This document shows, piece after piece, positions 25,336 through 35,500 of a stretch of 64,000 nt of DNA. Origin of the DNA: Podarcis liolepis. Lineage: Eukaryota. The translations under genes and the position numbers were made by a program. How positions within the stretch are numbered: the first letter of the stretch is position 1; the number at the start of each line of letters is the position of its first letter. The stretch lies in the NCBI GenBank assembly GCA_965112155.1, contig OZ218104.1, one strand, 5' to 3'. The notes under the pieces are model-generated. The model was not told the origin of the DNA and searched no databases. It worked only from the letters and a program-made list of their open reading frames with translations.

Positions 25336-28300
25336 AAACAAACTTGCAGGATTGCAGTCCAATTTGATGGGCTGCACAGCTTTTTGGATTCTGCCCAGGT
25401 TGGTTTATTACTGACATTCACATTCATCAGAAAGCACACTTGTGTTGTTGTGAAGAAACCTAAGGACCCAAGTTAACTTTCTTAAAGTATCTTTTACCGC
25501 AGGTAAGCCTTTTCCCATTCCAGCTGATTTGCCTAGCCCATAATTGGCACCTCTTGAAACTGACATCGTCCTTCTGGAACGTTTGCCTCCTCACCTGAAA
25601 CAAGCATATTCCATACCAGAACTGTAATAAAACAGCGGAAAAGAGCAAATTAAGAAGGCTCCGTACAAGAGTCTGATTGATTTGGGCCGATCTGATTATT
25701 TCCCTCTGCAGGTCGGATGTGATAGCTGTAAATCTCCAGATGATCAGTTTGCATCCAAGATCCGGGGGCAGCTGAGGTATGAAAACGAGCAAGCAAAAAA
25801 CAAAAGCGAGAAAAGCCAACAAGAGGGGGCGGCGGGGGGGGGGAAGAGGCCACTGAGTAAAATACTTTCACTCTTCAGTGCTTATGACACTGGTCAATTT
25901 CATCCCTTTCTCGTGTTTTTTTTTTAGGTAAGCACCTCCTTCACTTGGGTGCTTCCCCCACCTGTTCTCCCTCTCCCTCTCCTCAATTGACATTGCTTAT
26001 GATTCAATTATAAGGCTAAAAGCTGAGCTGGCTGGGCAATGATCAATTATTAGTTGTCAGTAATAATGGCGAAGCATTCGATTTTGGTCCTGGCGTTCTG
26101 CAGGATGATCATTAGAAAATAAATCAAAAAGAGTGGGGGGGGGGACGGGACGGGAGGGGGATAGGGGAGCTATCGACGGCCCGCTTAAAATAAGGGGGAG
26201 GTCATCTCTCCCGCCCCCTTTTCTCTCCCCCACCCCTCCTATGTCAAAGTCGAGGGGCTGAAATGAACCGCTTGATCACAGGAGATTGATAGGGAAACAG
26301 GCAATTTCAGGAAACAATTTTCGTTGCATCTTCTGGGATGGCAACAGAGCAAACTCCAAAGTCTCTCGTGGAAGTTTGATGTGCATCTTTGAAAGCGCCG
26401 AAGCTCCCATTTTTATTTATTCGTCTCTCTTTATATTGGAAGTCTCTTGTCTGTTCAAGATACGGAGGCTGACATAGGTCTTTTTTTTTGCACAGTTAAG
26501 GTTAAATTCAGCACTGCAGAATAATAAATTTGTCCAAAGTTCCCCCAAAACCAGATATTGATATGGAGATTTTGCTTAACTGTTTTTGAGGGGAGGATTT
26601 CTCTCTTGGGCCACCACAACTAACAACACGCGGTTGTTCCCCCAAGCGCTAACATAACTGCGAAAAATATTTTACAAAATACCGGTAATACTGCACAGTA
26701 TATATTTTCCTACATGGAGGTTTAGCATGCGCAAAATTTTTGAAAAAGGCATCGTGGAATATTTTTGACATATCCCGCAATGTAGTCCGGAATGACTTCA
26801 GTAAATAAATGCCAATAAATTCTCCCATTTTTGCTCAGCGGCGATGACGAGCTAATCTGATGGCTTTGCGGGATTCGTGAGCGCCTGTTTCACGACGGAG
26901 GCGGCTGTAGAAACGCTTCGGTGGAAATGTGTGCAGTTTCGGGGTGTGCGTATTTTAAATTCAAAATTTGAAAATTGTATTTTATTTTATTTTTTATAAT
27001 ATGTATATATGTATATGTATAGATATGTGTGTATATATAGATATATAGATATAGATATGTTGGTATTAATAACGTTTTTGACATTTTGAAGTCAACCGGA
27101 AGATGTCTTCCTCAGAAGTTGCTAGAGGCGCATGGAAACTTAAGAGAGAAGTGAAGTGTGTTTTCTACGAACGCCAGAAATCGCGGCTGAATTTTTCAAG
27201 ACCGGGAAGCGGCGTAGGAAATCGCCCTGGGAAAATCAATGGGCTTTCCCACCCACCCCCTCTCTGGCCGCGGAGCGATGCCTTCATTATTAAACTCCGC
27301 GCGGGCTCTGTGCCTTTTTAACCCCTGAGCGGTAAAGGTTGCTCTGCCTGATCCCGAAGCGTAAGAACAATGATCCGGAGCAAAGGTGCGTCGCATTGCC
27401 TCTCTCCGCCGGCCTGAGCTGCAAATTATCCCCGTGTTTGCAGGCTTCTTCCAAGACTCCCTCCGCGCGATCGATCCCCCAGTGCGGCTGTCTCTCCTAT
27501 CGCGGGCTTGATTTGCATTGAAGAGAGTGATCCCACCTTCACAGACCCATCAAATCCTCAGGGTGAAGGAGGAGGAGATCTTGGAGAGGGGGTGAAATCT
27601 CTTGCATTTTGCCATCTCCCTGGGGGATGGGGGAGGGGACCAGATCGCGGTCTTTACGTGTGTAAACACTTCCAACTCCTGTTCCAAGCAATGACGTTTA
27701 ATTGAATGATTGCTCGCAGGATACAATAAAGGCCGATTCTTCTTTCTCCGTGAAAACAGCGCTGTTTTCTCCTAACACACAGCCCTTCACCCCCCGCCCT
27801 CCCTCGGAGCAACCCCCCCTCATCCCCCCCCCAGACATACCCTAAGCAAAAGGGAAGAAAAACCAGCAAGAAATAACCATCCTTGTAGTCCGAACGTAGG
27901 CATGTTTACTTGGAAGTAAATCGCACGGAATGCCATGGGCTTTCTCCCGAGGATGCCCGCGCAGGATCTGCAGCCTTAAATTAAGCACCAGGCAATTTCT
28001 TTTTATTTGTTTCTTTCTGCTGGGAAATGATTAAAAAGAAAAACCTCAACTTTCTCCAATTGCTTGTTTTTCACTTTAAATGGCTTTCTGCAGCTTTCTC
28101 ATTTTTCTTGAGAGTTTGGAGATCTCTCTCTCAAATAGATCGATATATGTATATATATTAATGGCCATTGTGAACTTTGGTCGTATTTTAAGCGTCCTGG
28201 GAAGTCTGAATCAGAAATACACTTTTTTGGAAATTTTATTTTGTCATGTCTAGTAAAAAAACAACCGGGGCGATGTCGAAAGATAATCTGCATCCTATGG

Positions 28301-30769
28301 GGAAGAACTTTTGGGAAAGAAAAGAGGCGGCGTGGGGGAAACAAGCTAATTGACAACAACAACAACAACAAAACCCCAACCTTGTGTAATGTGGTTGCAA
28401 ATGCGAGTTAATTTCTAGCGCGTCTCTAGCTTGCAAGAACTTGGAAGTGACCTAAAGACTTGCTTGGCCAAAGGCAATCCCTAATCGGGAAAGCGTACCG
28501 ACCTGGTGTGTAAATAGGTGTATACACATTGTCTGCTCCTAAGAGTGTTGTGTCTAGGGAAACACACGGGGAACAACAGTATGTAAGTTTCTCCGCCGGT
28601 TGAAATTGACAAGGAGGAGAGAGGCGCGCCCAGGAGGACGAAGGTGGTGTCTGATTCCCTGCCCGAGTATATTCATCTCTGCCGAAGCATGTCTTTAAAT
28701 ATTCAGTGCAAAATAATGACATCCGAAGAGCGCGTTATTATCTTCATTTTTCAACATCTTCTCAAGCTGATGGCTCCGTTTGTCTTTTGATCAAACTCTT
28801 ACTGTACCCAAGAAACCGCTGTTGGGGGGGGGGGGAGAGACGGGAGGAGAAGAAGCGAGAAATATCGAGAAATACACACACTTCCAAGAGAGATACTTGC
28901 AAGAGAGGCATCGCCCAATTCTATCCAATGGCCAGCACGCCTTTATGTTTTTGGAGGTGCGCATCGCCTCCCACCCACTTGGTAAACGCTATCAGGGTTT
29001 TAGCTCTTTTAAATTAAAAGAAGCGAGGATTCTTTTTGGAATGGGGGTGGGGATGAAGTCTGGGCCAACTGAGGAGGGCAATCTTTTCCTTCCACCCAGC
29101 CCCCTCCCCCTTTTTTAACCGGCTCATTTGAAATTGTAATGAGTTGTATTTGATCAAGCGTCTGCTATTACAGAGAGTTTGTTAATATTGATACCCAGGG
29201 AAAGAAGTCGTTTCAATCACAGAGTAAATAAGCCGGAGGAGAGGGTGGGAAAAGAGGAGGAGGAGGAGAAGGAAGGAAGGGCGGAGTTGTGGCTGGGTGA
29301 GGAAAGAGGAGCGGACCTCTCCAAAGGGTTACAGGACCAGGATCCCAGTGTCAGCTCGGGGCTTAATGCGAGTTGAGAACGGATCGAAAATCTACTTTTT
29401 CTTTTAAACTGCTGCCGGGGTGTGTGAGAGAGAGGCTGGTTATTTTGTGTACAGGACGAGGGGGGAAGAAAAGGAGAGAGGCCCCCCCCCTACGAAAAAC
29501 CTTGAGCATCCAGCGTTTTGGGGAACCGGTGCCCAAAGTTCTGGAGCCTGGAAGGCGCTGAGCGTTTTTGAGGCTCAGATGGTTGCGTGGCGGTTGTTGG
29601 AGAGGGTAGGAGGGGATCCGTGGGTCCAGCCCCACATGCTTTGGCGTTGGGAGCCTGAGGCTGGATCAGGAGACGGGGAGAGATGGCGGGTACCCATTGC
29701 GGATGCGCGCGCGTGTGGAATCCAGACCTAGACGGCTACCAGTAGGCCGATGCGCTCAGCATTGCGCTACGCGGCCAGGTTAAGACGCCGCGTTTCCCAA
29801 AGCGCGTTAGGGACCTTTCAACCGGAGGATCGGTTCCCTCTGTGCAAGCGCACAGGGCGATTCCCAACACGGTATGAATCGATCCCCCAAAAGCACACCA
29901 TATCAGGAGGGGAAATTAAGTTCGCAGGCTTTCCCTGCCCCATAAAAAAAATTAAAAATCGTATAAAGTTTTCCGTTAATTCGAATTGTCTGAACGCGGC
30001 CGTTTCAGGCTGCGACCCGCAAGTCACTCAATCCGGAGCAGAAGAGGCGCAGGCCGCTTAAGAGTTAAGCGCTTTGAGGATCGCCAGGTTTTCAACCCTC
30101 TTTTATTCTTCTAGGCACAAAAGGGATCCTCTCCTCTCCTTTCCTGAAACACACGCCGAAGTTGTGGCTTTTTAAAAAAATAAAATAAAAAGCAGCTCTT
30201 TGCAGGAGTGGCAATGCTTTGGGGTTGGGGAGGAGGATGAGGGAAGGTGCAGATAGTGGGAAGAGATAAGGAACAGCCCGAGGGATAGCAAAGTCTCCTC
30301 TTGGAACATGTCCGGCACCATATATACAAACACACCCCCACACAAGACACACACGGTCCACCATCAGTTTATTGGTCTTCAGCGATTTAAAAAACCAACC
30401 CATTATTAACACTTATGGGAGAAATTTACATCAGATAATTAAAAGGAGGAAGGAGAGAAAGAAAGGTGAAAAATGAACAAGGCTAAGAAAGGGAGAAAAA
30501 GGAAGTTTAGGAGAAGCAAAGAAACTTTTGTTGCTCGGGAAGTGAGGGGAAATGATCAAAAAGGGAAAGTCAGTTAATATGTAACCAAAAGAACACTTCA
30601 AAGCGCAATCCAATACACATGTATACTCAGAAGTAAATCCCACTGAGCTCAATGGGGCTTACGCCCGAGTAAGCAGGTAGAAGATGGCACAGCCTGTCAA
30701 ACGAGTGGGAAGAAAGAAGAGCGAAGGAAAAGTGCAGCGTGCGGCTGTCGCCATCGCCTTTCCCCTTCG

Positions 30770-31248
30770 AGGCCCCGCCCCCTTCCTCCCTGGCCCCGCC
30801 CCCTCCTCCCCAGGATTCCGCCAGGGAGACGAGCCCGGTCGTTTCCGCCACCAACCTCGTCCAGCCGCCTGCTCAGGGTGATTGACGCCGCTCTCAGCCA
30901 ACGCCAGCCGCAGCTGCGGGGAAGTGGCCCCGCCCCCTTGGCCGCCGCCGGGCGAGCGAGCGAGCGAAAAAGTTTGCCGCGATTGTCCTGGGAGGGCGCG
31001 AGGCTTAAAGGGCGAGCGGGCGAGCTTCCTCTTTTCAGCACCCTTCGGGGCCCGTGATGGATGGCGAGGAAGGAGGGGCGCGAGGAGGAAGGGGGGAGGG
31101 AGCAAAGGTGGGAGTTGCTAAAAACACACACACATACCAAATCCTAGAAATGGAACTTTCCCCCTTTTCTTGTTTTTTGCGGCGGCATTAGCCAAAAGAT
31201 CAGGCAAACATCCTTACCGAAGAGGAAACCGGAGATGATTTAGCAAAG
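30770..31248 (+). promoter_or_regulatory. GC-box cluster and candidate upstream non-coding first exon
   Basis: Three GGCCCCGCCCC Sp/KLF boxes (about 30771, 30792, 30926); candidate donor AAG|GTATTA at 31248/31249. Confidence 0.45.
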
Positions 31249-31761
31249 GTATTATTGGGTTGCTTTGCTTCGAAAGTCCTCAAATATTGCTCTGAGACCG
31301 AAACTTTAAAATGACAGCTATCCATGAATCGGTGCTGTTTGTTCCAGCGTGGGCGATGGCGAGGCGATGGGGGCAGCAGCAGAGATGCTTCCTCGACCCC
31401 TTTGCCCGTCTCCCCACTTCTCTGTTGCTGCCCTCGTCGCCTCTCAGGACCAACCCCCCCGTTCCCGAGGTCTTAACTAAGTGGAGACCATCATTCGCCT
31501 TCTGCCTAAACCACTTTTCTTTCTTTTGCATCAAAAGAAAGCCGAACGCTCTTCTAACAAGATACGATCCTTACTCGGAAGTAAGTCCCCCTGAAGCCCG
31601 GGAGACTCCCGAGAGAAAACATGCAGGGTGAGATCGGGTCAGTTTTTTAACCCTCCCTCCTCCCCAAGATGCTGCGATGCCATGCACACTTACCTGGGAA
31701 CAATCCCCATTGCAAACAGTGGGACTTACTTCTGAGTAAGCAGGGCACCGGATTTGAACCC

Positions 31762-31828
31762 ACACTTAAAAGTTGGCTAAGATAGGATAACATTGAACAC
31801 TTAAAAGTTGGCTAAAATAGGATAACAT
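31762..31828. repeat. Tandem duplication, 35-bp period
   Basis: ACACTTAAAAGTTGGCTAA(G/A)ATAGGATAACAT at 31762-31793 and 31797-31828, one mismatch. Confidence 0.92.
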
Positions 31829-32099
31829 CCCCCCCCCTTGGGAAAAAAGAGAGGAAGGTGGGGGGGGGAAGCAAAACTCCTGGAAACGGGAGGAAGCATC
31901 CCCAGCCAAAGAGAGAGAAAAGTTGTGGGGGGTTGGAGCGCATTCCTATAGTAACAGGAGCGGCGTGCTCAGTCCCAGCTGGTTGCTAAGAGGGTTAAAA
32001 ACTGTATCCAAACAGCTTTTCTGGTTAGGCTGGGGAAGGTGGAGAGCGCGCGAGGGGGGGGGGTGGAGAGAGCGAGGGGGGGTGGAGCGGGTGGAACCC

Positions 32100-32330
32100 T
32101 TGCCACATGGGCCGGCTCATTGGGCGGGAGCGGCGGAGAGACAAGGGTCTCCAGCAAATCAGCGGCTAATTGATTAAGGCGAGCTCGTTTGAATAGAGCT
32201 GGCCCTGTGCCAATCGCCTTTCAAAGAGCCCCCTGTATGATTAATCGCAATGCATTATTGATAATCACAATTATAGTAAGACACATGCGCGGTGCGCGGA
32301 GGATCGGGCAAGCGGGAGGAGGCGGGAGAG
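32100..32330 (+). promoter_or_regulatory. SALL1 proximal promoter
   Basis: Immediately 5' of exon 1. Contains GGGCGG and an inverted CCAAT near 32119-32127, TAATTGATTA 32167-32176, CCAAT 32210-32214 and TTCAAAG 32220-32226. Confidence 0.7.
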
Positions 32331-32458
32331 NNNNNNNNNNNNNNNNNNNNNNNNNNNNNNNNNNNNNNNNNNNNNNNNNNNNNNNNNNNNNNNNNNNNNN
32401 NNNNNNNNNNNNNNNNNNNNNNNNNNNNNNNNNNNNNNNNNNNNNNNNNNNNNNNNNN
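32331..32458. other. Assembly gap covering the SALL1 5' UTR and start codon
   Basis: 128 N; coding sequence resumes mid-codon 2. Confidence 0.95.
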
Positions 32459-32530
32459 CGCGGAGGAAACAGGCGAAGCCGCAGCACTTCCAAACCGACC
32501 CCGAGCTGGTCTCGAGATCTCAGCGCAATG
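32459..32530 (+). CDS. SALL1: SALL1 coding exon 1 (visible part; ATG inferred at 32455-32457)
   Basis: (t)CG CGG AGG AAA CAG GCG AAG CCG CAG CAC TTC = SRRKQAKPQHF, the NuRD-recruiting motif, then QTDPELVSRSQRN-G; phase-1 donor G|GTGAGC. Not in the supplied ORF track in this frame. Confidence 0.96.
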
Positions 32531-35500
32531 GTGAGCTTTTTTTTAAAAGGGGGGGTGAGCAGTTGCGTCCTGTTGGGGTGGCTTTTTTTAAGGGAGGGGG
32601 GACCTTTTTTTAAGAAAAAAAGGAAGAAATCGCTCTCGCTCGCTCTGTCCTGCGCGCGATTTCCCTCACTTCCGACCCATAGAACACTGATATTTGTCTA
32701 TCTCTTTCTTGTTAAAGCGATTATGGATCCCCCCCACAAACAATCGGAACAAACTTACCTTCGGGGTTAGAGACGGTGGAGAGAGAAAGAGAGAGAGAGC
32801 GCGAGAGAGAGAGGTTTAAAGAGAGAGTCAGAGAGAGACTTTGGAAGCAAGAGCGTGAAGTTGATCAGCTGGAGTTGTGACTTCTTGCGGATGGTTCGAG
32901 TCCTGGGTGGTTTCCTTCCTCCTCTCTTCCCGCCCCCCTCCTCAAGCCCCGTCGCTGCCCTCTGTGGATCTTTCCCTCGCTGGATCGTTTTCGATCTGGC
33001 AAGCGGAGACCGGATCTCTCTCAATTAGCCGCACCGCCCCCCTTCCCTGAACACGCACGCTGCCACTCGCACGTTGATCGGAAGCGGAGTTGGGGATTTC
33101 TCTTTCCCCACCTCCCCTTTGGGGAAAGATGCGCAGGACCTTGACGCCCCCCCTTCCCTTTCAGGGGGTGCATCTCTGGGGGCCTGAATCTTAAAATAAA
33201 ACATCGTTTATCCAAAGATCTCCCCCACCCCCATTTTTTATGGAGTCTCTTTTCGGCTTCCCTTCCCAGCCTTGCCTGAGAGAGCTGCCCTGGAATATTG
33301 CAACTTTCCCCCCTCCTCTCTCCAACGTGAATTTTAGAGGAAGTTAAAAAGGGTTTTGTTTTGTTTTAAATCCCACGTTTTCCAACAGCGGGGTAGGTGG
33401 GGGGTTGGCAGCGCCTCCTTCGCTCCCGGCTGGCCCCGATGGGTGAGTGAGAGCGAGATCTCCTTTTCCTGGCACCCGGCGCGTTGCACTCCTTCCTCTT
33501 TCGTTTCCTTCATCCCCCTCTCCTCCTCGGCGTGCCCAGCTGGCCGGCTCAGCTTCTGCTCCGCCGGGCTCCACTCTCGCGTTGAATTTTCATATCGTCG
33601 CGGCGGATCTGTGTTCGAGTTTGTCCCTTTCGGCTATGATTTCCTTGGGGGGCTGGGTGTATGCCAAAGGTTCTTCTGCGCGCACGGGAGACTTTGGCGA
33701 TCGTGGGAAATTTCCATTTAAAGTGGTTTGTGCGCGCGCGTATCTCGGTATGTGGCGGCCTGCTTTTTAATGCCTTTGGTATTGATAATGCGGGGGGGGG
33801 GAGGGTAGAGAGGGACCCCCGTTTTTACCTGTGCCTGTGAAAACCGGGTGAGTTTCTGAATTTGGGGAAGGGGGCGGCGAAGCCAGCGAAGAGGCCTGTC
33901 GCTGCGTGCATGGATCATCAGCAGAAAGTGGGGGCTTGTTGTGGAAAAGCCCCGAATCCAAGGGAAAGTTTTCTTTTCGATGCCAGGCTTGTCAGTTTCT
34001 CCTGTGGGCAGAGGAGGAGGGCACAGCAACGTGTCTCTTGCTCCAAAGTTGTTTTGGGGGTTTTTTTGGGGGGTGGCGGCGTTTGGGGGTGCGATATGCT
34101 CGCATCGTCAGCAGGAGATACAAAGTTCTCCGTTTGTTTTTAGCAGAGGAAAGTAGGGGGCGAGAAGGCACTGTGGCAAACCTAAGAACGGAGAGCGTCC
34201 CTGCGCGACCCTCCGTTCCTCCTCCGCCGAAGAAGCAATGGAAGGGGGTCAGGATCGTTAGGGAAGGATGGCAAGAGAGAGGAGGATGTTTGTGGATGGA
34301 GTACTTTTCCCAAGGAGGCTTACTCGGGAGTAAACCTTTCTTGAGTTCACGGCAGTTGTAGAAGTGCGAATTGGATTGTGGTAATTCTTATTTCGTGCGT
34401 GTGTGTTTTGGAAAAATCTTTTTCATCTCCTTCAATTTCTATACACAAGAGATAATGCGCGTTAATTTGTCAGTGGATTCAATGTCCACATGTAAAGTAT
34501 GCAAAATGCGTGGTTGCTTTGCACTTTTTTCCGTGGGGAGGGGGGTAGAGAGAGGTTGTAAAAAGAGAGAAATTGGTGGTGGAGGAGGATGGCCTGCCCT
34601 GCCCAGCTCTTTTTCAGACGTGCAGTTAGGGTGGTACTTCCAAGGACAGTGGGCAGCCTGATAAAAGCTGACTCTAAAAATCTTCACAGAAGGGTGGTGA
34701 CCATGGTGTGTTTCCAATAATACAGATTGTATAGAAAGAATATATATATCGTGCAGGAGCTCTTCAATTTGATTATTTTTTTTTTGCAAGGAAACAGTCT
34801 TAATCCTCCTTTTTAACAACTCTTCCTGCCGACCCCCTCTTGCCTTCACACACATATACAAACACCCTGCACGTTTCCAGAGCAAATTTCTGTCTGTCTT
34901 AAGGGATTTGGCCAGGGGGGTGATCTGCAAGAGTCTGTGTGGAGTGAGTCACCAATAGAAGCTGTGCCTCTCCCACAGTCCCATTTAAACCCCCAGCTTA
35001 GTCATTAAAAGTAGCAGTCAACAGACAAGCCCCCTCTAGCCCCCGAACCTTTCAGCATCACCCAGATCAGGGCAGCCAGTGCGGAAGGCATGGAAGTTCT
35101 TTCATTTGTCCTTTTCATGCCAGCTTTATGCCACCACCCCACTTTTTTTCCTTTCTTTTTTTAGTATTTCTCCCCATTTCCATCAGCTACCATATCCTCA
35201 TCCCTCATCCCCCCCCCTTTTGTACTGAAGAGACCTTAGAAAAGTTCGGCAACAAATTGTGCCAAAGGAACTGCAAGCAAGTTTCTCTTTCCCTGGAAAG
35301 AAAGTGTCCCTTGGTGGTTTTATTATAAGGCAACTTTCTGGCATCTTAAAAAACAAACAAACAAAAATTCATGTCCTTTCCTTTCTCAAATTCTTGACAT
35401 GCATTGGAATTCTTGTTAGAAAACTTCTTGACCTTCTTCTTTCGACTTTGGATGAGTTGATGTCCCTTCAGTTTATTATCTAAACTCTCTTCTCAGAAAT

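Larger units (their letters stand above)
29600..34300. promoter_or_regulatory. CpG island spanning the SALL1 promoter(s), exon 1 and the start of intron 1
   Basis: Dense CpG/CGCG and high GC compared with CpG-poor flanks; satellite CpG-rich patches at about 26600-27530 and 28600-28760. Boundaries set by eye. Confidence 0.8.

Noticed and set aside
32189-32770. 193-aa ORF across exon 1
   Set aside because: Spans the N-gap and is in a different frame from the SRRKQAKPQHF exon.
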